Of a stretch of 64,000 nt of DNA, positions 11,887-23,529 are shown piece after piece. The DNA is taken from NCBI GenBank assembly GCA_028534125.1, contig CM052832.1:15440001-15504000 (forward strand), written 5' to 3'. Each line of letters begins with the position of its first letter. Position 1 is the stretch's first letter. The stretch is from Lama glama. Lineage: Eukaryota. The notes under the pieces were generated by a model. That model did no database searches, was not told where the DNA came from, and saw only the letters and a list, made by a program, of their open reading frames with translations. A program made the translations under genes and the position numbers.

Positions 11887-11937
11887 CGTTCCTGCTGCCT
11901 TGGGATCAGAGGCATCACCCTTGTAGCTGGGGTTCTC
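11887..11937 (-). CDS. ITPR3: ITPR3 exon 10 (51 bp; ENPSYKGDASDPKAAGT)
   Basis: CAG|GAG acceptor, ACG|GTGAG donor; correct frame not shown in ORF track, read manually. Confidence 0.96.
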
Positions 11938-12465
11938 CTGGACAGAGATACAAGATAGGGGCTACTGGGCACCAAGCTATACCCACAAGACCCACACCCC
12001 AAAACAGTGTCCACATATGACCCTGCTTGGGGCAGGCAGCCTCCCTCATCCTTCCAAGGGTGCCCATCTCAGCCCCCAAATTCATGTCACTATTGAAGGA
12101 GCCAACCAGAGCCCCAGGCCCTGCCCTCCATGGCCTCTCTCCATAGACCCATAGATGGAGGCACACATACATAAGTGCCCCAATTCACACAAGCCTGTGT
12201 GTTACAGACAGATGTGGATGCAGAATGTAAGTTCCACGAGGGCTGGGAATTGTGCTCACTGCTGTATGCCCAGGGCCCAGAATAGCTCCTGGCACACAGT
12301 AGGGTCACCGTAACATTCCTGAAACTTACAGTCACGCATGTACTTGATAATATTTGCCAAGTATATGCATGAGAGCAGATAAACCAGGGTCCACACATGT
12401 CTCTCTGCAGACACGCACCAGGCACTTGTGCTCGTGCCCAGGACACCCTCTGCCTCCCTACTCAC

Positions 12466-12561
12466 CTCAGCAGCCAGGTAGTTGCCCGTGGCCAGATGCT
12501 TGAAGCGGTACAGGCCGTTCCAGTGGCCAGCTCCTCCACGGCAGGGGTCATGGTGGACCAC
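12466..12561 (-). CDS. ITPR3: ITPR3 exon 9 (96 bp; [32 protein letters not shown])
   Basis: AG/GT boundaries, in frame. Confidence 0.98.
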
Positions 12562-12745
12562 CTGGGGGGTGCAGGGGTTAGGCGGGGGCACAGAGGGGAG
12601 GGGGACTGGAGGCCTGGAAGGCTCTGGGTGGGTGGGTCTGAGACCTTCCCTGGCCCCCTGGCTGTGAAGGGGCTCAGAAGAGAGACAGATGGGGTGAGGG
12701 GGGAGCCCAGGGCTGGGTCCCAGATGCCAGAAGCAGGGTTCTGAC

Positions 12746-12892
12746 CTCCACCTCCCAGAGGGCGTTGGAGCTGGTGGCTGAGGTGGCAGACTGGCGCAGC
12801 GTGGTGCGCAGAAACACCTGCAGCTTGCCCTTGTACTCGTCACACGTCAGGAACTTCTCCTGCTCCGCGTGGAACAGCCGCACCACGTCTCC
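12746..12892 (-). CDS. ITPR3: ITPR3 exon 8 (147 bp; [49 protein letters not shown]), includes IP3-contact residues R266/T268/R270
   Basis: AG/GT boundaries; residue numbers counted from the spliced CDS. Confidence 0.98.
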
Positions 12893-13379
12893 CTGCAGGT
12901 GGCGGGGCAAGGGCTCAGGGTGGACAAAGAACCTCCAGGGAGCCAACCCCACCTGCCATAGATGCAGGCGCAGGCTTCCAGAGCCAGCAGCCGAGGCTGG
13001 AGTGCACACTGAGTTCCATCAGAGGACGGCCAGGGCCCAGTCCCTCAGCCAGGCTCTCGGCCCAGAGCCACAGTCAAGACCTCAAAGAGCTGGGGCCGGA
13101 CACACTCTCACCCAGAGCCCTCCCCAGCCTTCCCATATCTGAACCTGTCTTCATCAGCTCCCTCCCCAGCCTGTAAGTCTAGAAACCCCACCTGACCACT
13201 AAAGGCCAACCTTAAGTTACCTCCTCCACAAAGGCAAGAGAGGTCTCCCCAGGCCCATGGTTGCCCCTCTCCTGGGGCCTTTTCTGCCTGAATATCAGTA
13301 GTCAGACCCATCTTTTTTGCCTCCTGTTGGACTGGAACAGCCAGAGCAGAGGCTGTGGCCTGTGCATAGCTTTGGACAT

Positions 13380-13720
13380 TGAGACCAACTTCGGATCCTG
13401 GCTCTGCTCTGAAAAGTTGTGTGACTTTGGAGAAGTCCCTTAACATCTCAGCCTTAATTTCCTCTTCTATAAAATGGGAACACCAGGAACTCCTTGCAAA
13501 AACTAAGGATTACAATTTGTATAATGAAGTAACACGGCACACTTACCATGTGCCAGCCCCTGCGCAAGCAATTTACATGGACTTTCTCACCTAATCCTCG
13601 CACCAACCCTCTGGGTGCATATACAGTTATCCCCATTTTACAGGTGGAGAAACTCAGGCAGAGAGAAACTTAAAGTGTCCTGCCGAGGGTCACATAGCTA
13701 GTAGCAAATGGGACGAGAAT
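13380..13720. mobile_element. MIR SINE fragments (two, opposite orientation)
   Basis: TGTGTGACTTTGGAGAAGTC..CTCAGCCTTAATTTCCTC and CCCCATTTTACAGGTGGAGAAACT. Confidence 0.7.
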
Positions 13721-15191
13721 CCGTGCTCCAGAGCCCACACGTGCATCTCCCCACCCCAGCTCCTCCCACAGCAAGCTGTCTCCCACCCAGCAGGCTCTCA
13801 GTGCGTGTCTGTCACTCCTGTTATTACCACTATGGCATTATCTGTCTTCCCTACACTGCACTGGACATGAAGTACTCAGTCAACATCTGTAGAGTGAATG
13901 TATGAGCAAGAAAGTGAATGAACATACACAGATTGGGTCAGTTACTTATGGCAGAACTACTGATTTATGTGCCCAGGCAGTGCCGGGTGAGAGTAAAAAA
14001 AAAAAAAAAAACTTAAGGGTGGACTTAAGCTCAAGCTTCCTATGCAAGTTGCCTGGAATTGGACCTTGGAGCTGTGACAGATTCACCAAAACCACTCCAT
14101 AGAGTTGGGACCAATGATGCTTCATTTTCGAAGTGCTGCACAGACTTAGGGCTGGAATGTGTAATCAGGGAAGGCTTCTGGGAGAAGGTGGCACACGAGC
14201 TGGGCTTTGATTGATGTGTGGTTGATGGGCAGGCTTAAGGGAGGGAGGGAGGGAAAGGCATTTGCACAGAGTATGAGTAGACAGGAAAATAGCCTAGGGA
14301 AGGGAGAAAGGAGGGCAGGAATGTCAGCTAGAGCAGCCTGGCTTGGGGAGGAGAGCAAAGGAGCCACTGCAGGCTTCTGAGCAGGGGAGGTCAGTGCACA
14401 CGGGGTGACCTTAGGGCGGCTGCTCTCAGGCCTGTCGCCTGTCCCTTTAACAGGTATCACAGCCAAGTGTATCTGCGATTCCTCTAGCTGAGGAGCCCCA
14501 CCCTCTTTGCCCCCCACCAGATCTGCCCTTCCACATACCACTTGCACCCCAGTAGGGTGGTTCTGAACCCTGCAGCCCCACTGAAGGAACCTCTGAACCC
14601 TCCTCTCTCCCCCGAACTCTGGGTTTCAAGGTTTCTCCAGCGTTCTCCCCAGCCGTCCTTGTACCCTCTGCTCCAGTCCCTCCAAAGTCATTACTATGGT
14701 ATTTCCCAGCACAGCTGTCACCCCACAGGCTTGTCCCCTCCCCTCCTGCCAACCCCTTAGATCCGAGAGCCCACACCGGCAGGTCTGGAAGCAGCCTCAG
14801 CAGCCTCATGTCCTTGCCCAAGAGGGCACAGGGCAAAGGGTAGGGGGCGTGGCGGAGCAGACATGCGGGAAGGGACAGGGAGCTCAAAGGGTCTGGACCC
14901 ACCCCCAAGGTGGGGGATAGGGACCTCCCCCCAGCCTGCTGACACCCCCTTAACAAGAGAGCAAGGTGAGAATAGCCAGGACTCAGACAGGCTGGAGAGA
15001 CGGGTCTTGAGGCCAAAGACAAGAGAAGGGATGGTCTGGTTGGGGCCCTGTAGGGGTGGAGGGAGGCCAGAAGGGGTACAGAGCCAGAGAAAGGGGTGCA
15101 CAGAGCTGGCTACAGGGCAGGTGGGGAAGGCAGCCAGGGGGACCTGTGGGGGTGGGGCGGGACAGCAGGGGTGGGGGCTCCCAGTCCTTAC

Positions 15192-15275
15192 CCCTTTCAA
15201 CACCTCCTCCAGGTGGTCTCGGAACTGCATAAACAAGTTGATCTTCCAGCTGGTGTTGCAGTTCACAGAGTTGAC
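15192..15275 (-). CDS. ITPR3: ITPR3 exon 7 (84 bp; VNSVNCNTSWKINLFMQFRDHLEEVLKG)
   Basis: CAG| acceptor, GGG|GTAAG donor. Confidence 0.98.
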
Positions 15276-15607
15276 CTGAGGAAGGGCAGAGAGACCCCTG
15301 ATGCCAGGCAGACCCCTGCAGTTGGGGAGTGGGCCCACACTGAAGGCCCAGAGAGGGGGTAAGGGGAGGTCAGCCCAGCCCCCATCAGTGCACAAGGACA
15401 GGATACCTTTTCCTAACATGGGCCCCAGACCCCAGCCCAGCTGCCCTGGGGCTGCCAGTCTGTGGGGTAGAGAATGGAGGCAGATGCTAGGAGACAGTAG
15501 AGGGGGCATTGAGGCCTGGCCCTCCAGCGGCAGGCAGGACTGGAGAGGGAGACCCCAGGGAGGAGGAGAGCGGGTTTGTGGACGCCTGTCTGCTGCAGAG
15601 CTAGCCA

Positions 15608-16043
15608 AGTTACTAACTAGGGTCCTTGGACTTTTTAATCAAGAGGAATTGATGAGAGGCCTCGTGAAGCACGAGGGAGCGAAAACAAGTAACAGGTGCC
15701 CCTGCTCACTCTCTGAGGAGGGCGGGCTGGTTTTTTAAATGGAGTGGGAGTAGGGGTGGGCCAGTTGGTTGGGCCAGGGGTGGTGTAGGTGGTCAGCCCA
15801 CCCCCTCGGTGGTGCTGTGTGCAGTGATCATGCGCAGTATCCTGCTTTTGCTCCCGGCACCTCATAAGTGGCAGCTGGTTTTTGGCTCTCTTGTATCTTA
15901 TTGTTCATGATTGCCCCAACTGCGCAAGCATCCAGTGACTTTTAGTCCCTTATCGTTTCTTTGTCTTCTGTTACTCGGGGAGATGTTTGTCCAGGGGCAA
16001 GTGCAAGCACTCTGAGAGAGGGCCCCGGGCCCAGCCTGCCTCA
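15608..16043 (-). mobile_element. Solo ERV LTR in ITPR3 intron 6
   Basis: Resembles a recalled cetartiodactyl ERV1-type LTR (GTTACT..AGGGTCCTTGGAC...CAGCCTGCCTCA); near-TSD GCCA/GCAA. Confidence 0.6.
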
Positions 16044-16064
16044 GCAACCCAACACCCCGCTCAC

Positions 16065-16163
16065 CTCCTTGCAGCCAGCGTTGTCACTGAGCTCGTAATT
16101 GCTGGCATGCAGAGGCTGCCCAGCGTTGACGGGATTCAGGATCACCTTGTCCCCCACAACCAC
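16065..16163 (-). CDS. ITPR3: ITPR3 exon 6 (99 bp; [33 protein letters not shown])
   Basis: AG/GT boundaries, in frame. Confidence 0.98.
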
Positions 16164-16317
16164 CTGTGGGGAAAGGCAGGGAGGGCCGGGCCCCCTGAGA
16201 AACAAGCATGAGCTCACGCAGTCCCCCAACCCACATCAAAGGCCCTTTGAAGCCCCCCTGGAGCTGTGGCCTGTGCCTTCCTTCCAGCAGGCCCTTCCTG
16301 CCCAGCCCTGCCCTCAC

Positions 16318-16476
16318 GTTGTCCCCGTTGCTCCGCAGCTTCCAGAAGGGCTGGATGAAGAGCCAGGAGCCCTCGTTCCCTGTGGCATCCAGCGTCACCC
16401 GCATGGCATTCTTTTCCAGCAGGGCCGGCAGCCGCTTATTTACCGTCAGGTACTTGTTGCTCTTCATGTGCAGGAG
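16318..16476 (-). CDS. ITPR3: ITPR3 exon 5 (159 bp; [53 protein letters not shown])
   Basis: AG/GT boundaries, in frame. Confidence 0.98.
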
Positions 16477-16967
16477 CTGGGGGACAGGTGGGGGTGAGGT
16501 CACCAGGCCCCAGGAGGCCAGCTCATCAGAGAGGGGCCCTGGCAGGGCACACTGGACCCGTGATCATAGCTTGATGCATGTACAGTGTCAGACACACAGA
16601 CTGAGACAAACACAGCCAGACGAACAATCACATACCCAGGAGATCACACAAAAAAAGCCAGCACTGTTCTAAACACCTTATATGTATTAATTAGCTCATG
16701 TAATCTCACAACAACCAAGAGGGAAGTACTATCACTGGCCTGATTTTACAGATGGGGAAACAGAGGCACAGGGAAGTTAAGTAACTTGCCCAGGTCACAC
16801 AGCTAAAACCTGAACCCACCTCATGGCACCAGAATCTGTGCTAGTGACCACCGGGTTGAAAACACATCCAATTCACAGCAGTTCAGCTGTGACACAGCAA
16901 TTCAGGCCACGCAGCAACAGGCACACACAGAAGCAGACACGCAGTCACAGAGAGCCCTGGGTTCAGT

Positions 16968-17522
16968 TGTAACTGAGCAGGACCCTATGGGGTCTTCCTG
17001 GGACAGACCCCTCTGTCCATGTCCTCTGCTTTCACTCCTCTCTGAAGTACTCAGATAACAGTAGCTGACGCAACTTTCCTGAGCTGTTTTACAGACCATA
17101 AAACCACCACCAAGTGGAAGAAATTACCTACTTGATGATCATGAGCACACTGGCACCTAAGGATTGATAACATTAACCCCCGTGACACTGCCCTGTTACG
17201 TCACCATCAACCAATCAGAATTGTGCACGAGCTGATCACATACCCTGGGACGCCCCTCCCTCACCATGCCTTTAAAAATGCCTTGCTGGGCGGGGGTTGG
17301 GGGATAGACAGATCGATCGATTGATAGACAGATAGATTTTTTTTTTTTTGCTAAATGCCTAGCTGAAACCCATCTTGGCGGTCAGGCTTTCTAAGCATTA
17401 GCTGTCCTGAACTCCTTGCTTGGCCCCCTGCAATAAACACTGCACCTTCCTTCCCCACAACCCCTTGTCAGTTGATTGGCTTTACTTTGCGGGCCAGCAG
17501 ACCCAGGTTTGGTTCGTTAACA
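16968..17522 (+). mobile_element. Solo ERV1-like LTR in ITPR3 intron 4
   Basis: TGTAAC...GTTAACA termini, CCAAT box, TTTAAAA TATA-like element, AATAAA at ~17432. Confidence 0.72.
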
Positions 17523-17592
17523 ATGTCAGCTGGCACCCCTCTCCCCCCACACCAGCCCCAGCATCCTCAGCAGGAGACGCCGGCGGTCCCAC

Positions 17593-17679
17593 CTGGATCA
17601 CACTGCCGTACTTCACCACGTCCCCGTGCACTTTCTTGTTCTCCGTGTCATTCTGCTTCTGCTCCATCTGGGCTGCGTG
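17593..17679 (-). CDS. ITPR3: ITPR3 exon 4 (87 bp; [29 protein letters not shown])
   Basis: AG/GT boundaries, in frame. Confidence 0.98.
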
Positions 17680-18455
17680 CTGCACAAACACATGCAGAAC
17701 TGGAGGGCGGGCCCAGAAGCCTGCTCCTGGGGGGCCATCCCCCCACACCACACCTGCACGTGCGGGCACACAACCACAGAGGGCCTGGCACCGCATTCAG
17801 GGAGACCCCCAGAGCCAATCCAGCCCATTCCTCCCGCTGCTGACGGAAGAATGAGGCTCAGAGTGTGGAGGGGCAACCCCGAGTCATACAGCATGCAGCC
17901 CAAGGAACCAATTCCTTCACCCCTGCCCTCTCCCTGCCGCTTCCCTCTAGGGGGTCACACCAGCAGGCCTGTGAACCCCGTATGCCCCTGACATCCCTAG
18001 CAGATAACCTAAGGCTATGCCTCACTGCCCTCCCTCACCAGACTCCTGGTGCCCCGAAACGGGACCCCTGCCCCAGCCCAAATGCTGGCAGGTGTGCTTT
18101 GAGCCATTTCCCCCTCCTCCACTCCCACTCCTCTGTGGCCTCCCTCCCAAAACTGTGTGTGCTCCCAGCCCACTGCCTCCAGGAAGCCTTCCCTGACTGG
18201 CCACAGCCAACTCTGACAGATCCAGCTCTGGTGCCTCCAGGATTTGGTGTGCATCCCATCAAGGCCACCTTTCTAGGCTCTTCTGTCCCAATAGACTGGA
18301 AGTTGCCTGAGGATAGGCTGTGTGTGCTCCATCAGACTGGGAGTTCCTGGAGGCAGGCACTCTGTCTCCTCCATCAGACTGGCTCTCCCTGAGAGCAGGG
18401 GCCCAGGTTCGTGACACACACATGCAGGTGGACAGCTGTGTGCACACACACACAC

Positions 18456-18577
18456 CTGTAACTTCTGCAGCAGCACCACATCGGCGATCTTCTCCTTGTC
18501 CTGCTTGGTCTGCTTGGCCTTCCAGTACTGCTTCTGGGCTGAGTAGCGGTTCATGGGACACACCTTGAAGAGGCAGT
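18456..18577 (-). CDS. ITPR3: ITPR3 exon 3 (122 bp; [41 protein letters not shown])
   Basis: CAG| acceptor, CAG|GTGTG donor. Confidence 0.98.
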
Positions 18578-21500
18578 CTGAGGGAGGGCAGGCAAGAGGA
18601 GGGAGGTGGGTTCATGTGGGGCTCAGGGCTCTCCCTGCAGCACTGCCCCTGAATCCCACCTCTGCTCCCCGCACTCCTCCCCACCCCTCTGCCCCACTGG
18701 GATAGAAAGGTCATGTTTGGAAGAACCTTGTAGGTCCAGGTTCTTTCAAGGATACTTGGGGCATCCTGGACTGGGCTGAGTAGAATGGAGAGTCCCAGAA
18801 GCAGGTTTGAGAGCAGGATCTCACCTGGGAGACCGACATGCGTCCTCCTCCCCACAGGAGATTTATCAGAGGCTCTTGGGCACCCACCCCTATGCCCTGT
18901 CTATGCCCAGCTTTTGTGGACATTGACGACTAACAGCTCATATCAGCATTCTTCTGTGGCCAACCGCCATCTTGCCCACAGATGCCTGGAAAGTGACATC
19001 CCCCACCCCTCCTGAGGGGCAGCCTGTATCCAACGACTGACACAGGAGGAGGGGACTGTCTGCGGTGATCCCTGTGGGATCAGGCTGAGGCTTCTCTTCC
19101 CCTGAAACCACCTCTTCGCTGGGCTCTTCCCCTGCCTTGTCTGAGCCAGGCTCCCAACATGCTCCTCCAGAGACCCCTCCTCAATAATTCTCCCATCAGA
19201 CGTTCTGCTTCTAGGGAACTCCACCTAAGACAGGGCCAATCAAAATTCCAGAAACAGGTTCTCTATGACCTGATTTTTATTTGCAAGGCAGACAAAACAT
19301 CGATTTTCATAAACTCTAGGAAGGGTGTCAGATTTTTCTACTTATCAAAAGGAGACATGACCTGGAAAATCCTTTTCCACAGTGTGGTGAGAAGGGATCA
19401 AGGATTCTGGGTCCTGGTAAAATGCTGGCATGGAGGATTGGGCCTGTCTGACTGTAGCATGTAGCATGGACCGTGCTGTGAGGCACTGAGCTCCCCATCA
19501 CAGGAGGGAATCACAGGAGGGCATGAGGTTGGCCTCTGTAACTCCTCTCAGGCACAGTGGCCCGGCTCCATGAATGGCAGTACTCCAGCAGCAGGAAACA
19601 CAGGAGGAAGACAATTGTGAGGGGGACCTGGATGGAGGCCCCTCAAAGGAGCAAATCACAGAGTCGGGGAGCCCCCTCCATCAGGCCCTTTCCTCTACCC
19701 TCTAAAAGGTCATTAGCCCCTGGGAACTAAAAGCAAAACTGGGTTTTCTGTGTAGCCCTTGAGAAGGCAGAGGCCCCGCCCCTGGTGCATCAGGAAGGGA
19801 AAGTGAGGGAATCAAAGTTCAGGGAAGACAGAACTTCCTTGAAGGGAGGGGAAAATAAGGCAATTCCATAAGCAGATGCAGCCGCCAAGGGCTGCTCTGC
19901 CTAGCCCATCTTGGCTTTACCAGCATGAGTGGGCATCACTTCTGGAAGTAAGCACTCAGTTTGTTGGAGACAATGTGTCTTTCCCAGGTTCTGCTCAACC
20001 TCCAAGAAGAAGCTGGGGTGTCACCCCCTCCAGGAAGTCCTCCTGCTCCTTCAGGCTCAGCTGGAGCTCACAGGGCTCCCCCAGGTTCCCTGGGTCACCA
20101 CATCCATCTCACCACCTTGTTAGAGGTTCCCAGCAGGAGTAAGGGGAATGGGGCCGAACTAGGGGATGTTTGGAAATGGGGTGGGGGCGATTTTGGTTGT
20201 CCCAACAAGTGAGGTCACAGTTGGCATTTAGTGGGCAAGACAGGGATGCTGGGTGCCTGCACCCTGACACAAACAACCTGCTGCATGCTCAGAGGCAGAC
20301 AGCTGCGGGCAGTGCCCTGGGCCCAGGGAGGAACCCAGAAATGAGAGTCTTTTTTGCATGCTTTTAGTAAACACTGAACTTTGCAGGAATGCAACTCTAA
20401 CATAAACTGAAAAAAAATCTGTGTTGTCCTTTGTGTTGTTCAACCTTCAGCAGGAGATTTTTGCTGTTTGAGAATGCATCGCACACAGCCACGCCCACCG
20501 CCTGCATCTGAGGCCAGCATACTTACAAGTCAGAGGCAAGCTCTCATGCTTCCTCAAGTCTTCTACCCAACATTTACTTCTAAAATCTACATATTACTTA
20601 ATTATAAATTGCTTTCCTTTTATTTCTCTTGCTGTCACACTTAGGGCATTATACTGGCCTCGCTCCCTCCCCAACCCTGGCTCCAGGCTCACTCAGACTC
20701 GGCCCTGGGCACCCCCCCCCGCCCGTTTTTGTTCTATATAAATATGGATATGAATAGATAATTCCACTTTATCATGTTAAAGGGGCTCTGAGTCTGACAG
20801 GCTGGCCTGCTTATTTTTTACCACCCACCCCCCTCCCCAGACTGAGGGCAGGCGGGAAGGGCCAAGCTGGGGGCACCATGTCCCCAGCCCCTAACCTGGG
20901 GCTTAGAGAGTGTTGGCCAGAGAAGCACATGAATCTAGAAACAACGCTCTGGTATGTGATGAGGTGGGGCTTGAATTTAGCCTTGAAGGGAGGAAAGGGA
21001 CCAGGCGTTACAAGAGGTGGGAAAGGCAGGAGAGAAATGGAAGAGGCAGCGAGTGCGCCGGCCGCTTAGCTAGGAGGGGACCGAGGGAGCCTGGAACCAG
21101 GGGAGGGCGGCCAGGCCAGGAGCCCTCAGGTCTGGTGATCGATCGATCGTGAGCAACTGGGTCTCCCCACAGCCCCCACCCCACACACACCCAATCCAGA
21201 GAGGAGAAAGGAAGAGACAGGTGCTGCCCCAGGGCGCCGAGAGCAGAGGTTCTCAGGCTCTTCTGTCCTGACTCCCCTAGGAAATTCATGTCAGGATCAC
21301 TGTTTCCTGAAGTAACACGGAGACTTTCTGTGCCAGGGAATAGTGAGCAGGCTCTGGGTCTGGTCGGGCTGAAAAGCACAGTTATAATCCATTCTGGACC
21401 AACCCAACTAGAAAACAACTAAAGCCACTGGATTTTTCGAATGTATATTATTTCATGACTTCTTAAAGGACTAGACAGCAAGGAACCATCAGGCAGAGCA

Positions 21501-23529
21501 GAAAAGATCAAAAGGGAAACCAGGGAGATATAGAAACACCCAAGTGAGTTTCAGCCTTGGCTACTTGCTGAGTCCAGAAAACATGGATTTTATTTGGGCA
21601 GCTTTACCAGTGAAGGGGTAGGTACCCACGGCCAGGCCCAGGGAAGGTGGGAAATATAACTGAAGACCTCCCCTCAATAAGCTGGGACCCCAAAAGGCCA
21701 CACACCCAGGCAAGGGCTGAGCAGCCTTCCAGGAAATAGAGGCCCACGGGAGTCCCATGGATGGTGCTAAAAACCCCAGACACAAGTTTGGCTTCAGGTG
21801 GTCTTGGATGGGTCGTGCCGCCGGGAGTCTCGGAACAGGGTATGCACACCGTCACTGGAGAAAGGTACCTTCTTCCTAGTCCACAACCACTCAGTCCAAA
21901 TGTTCAAATGCAATAACCAAGTTACAGTCAAAGATACCCTGGAATTCCTGGGAACCGGACACTAGGCCTGAGAACAAACCCACAAGACAGACACTAAAAA
22001 CAGCAAAAAAAACTTCAGACACAACAGATATGCCTATTCTGCTTAACTCAATGAAAGTTTGAGGATCCCTGCAGAGAACAGGAAACTATAAAAAGGGGCA
22101 AAGCGGAGTGAAAAAGAACCAAATAGAATATCTAGAAATAAAAAGGCTTCACTAACCAAATTTAAAACTCACTGAACGTATTTAACAGGAGATGAATTCT
22201 AATGCTATTCTATCCAATTCTTTGAAGGATAGTTGAGCCCCATTAAAGGGGCCATGACAGCCCACTAATGGGTCAGAATCTGTTTCTGAATGAAACAACT
22301 TGCCCTGGAGCATCCTGGCAGAGGCATGAAGCCAGAAGTGATCCCTCTCTGCTCCTGATTCCTCTGTATCTTTCTGGGAAACTTACTACCTAGAACGTGT
22401 CAAATTTGTCTTTTTCTCTTACACAGATCCTCCCTTACAGCCTCCCACAACACATGTCAGAAAATGCCTGTTGAATGAATAAATGATTTGAGCCCTCTAA
22501 AATGTCTGTGACCCACCCCTGTCACATCTCCATGCTTTCTCTCTGCTGTGCTCTTTGCCCAAAGGCAGCCCTGTCAAAACCCCCAGGAGGGGCCAGAACC
22601 TTCCTTCTTATCGAGCTGCAGGGCAGGAAGGCAGAGAGAAGAAAGGGTGGAAGGGGAGCCAGGAGACTGGGCCCACACAGGAGTAGCAGCATCAAAGGCC
22701 AAGAGAAAAGTCTGGCTCCAGGGGGCTTTCCTACAGGAAGGACTGTGTGTGCTGGGGGGCATGTACCTGTGTGTGAGGGGGCACAGGACTGGTGAGGCTG
22801 CAGACAAGAGGATATTCACTTTAAATAAAGTCAGTTCACATTCCCTGAAACTAAAACCACTGCACTAACAAAAATCACTAACAGTACATAGAATCATCCA
22901 GAGGTGGTGAGAGCTTTAAAAAATACAAACTCTCAGGTTCCCCACAGAGCTTGGTGGGTCTGGGATGAGGCCTGGGAGTATGCATTTTTAAAGGCATCAC
23001 ACCAACACTAATCCCAAATGGTTCTGTTCCCCAACCAAGGTTGAAAAGCACTAGCAGAGGCTTCAAGACAAGTACAGAGCACAGAGAACAAAGTTATACA
23101 GCCCCAAGAATGCATAAGCTCTGAATAAACCCTGTAAACATGTGCTTTTAATCTTTTTCAACATTTAAACTCAACCTGCAGAACAAAACACCAAGGACTC
23201 CATTGTGGTTACAGAAGAGAGTGCAAAGCTTTTTCAGGCTTAATGCTGCAAAACTGCAAGAGCGCACGGCAGGCGGCAGTGGAAGGCGGACCTAGGGCAG
23301 AGCGCTGACAGAACAAGAAATGAAGCCGTGACTGTGATACTGAGGTTTGCAACGGTGACAACAGAGGACCTGCAGAGCGACAGGATGCTGCTGGGAAGAT
23401 GAAGGGAGAGGAAGTGGTGGAATGAGCCAAGTGAGCTAAATTCTCATGGAATAAGCAAAACATTTAGAGACATGGGGTAGCAAGCAGAAGAAACAATGTA
23501 AAGAGTCAGAGATTACGTTCTCCTATTAC

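Noticed and set aside
18290..18390. Short spaced direct repeats (CTCCATCAGACTGG) superficially CRISPR-like
   Set aside because: Only two or three degenerate copies in a mammalian intron; probably L2-tail-derived duplications.
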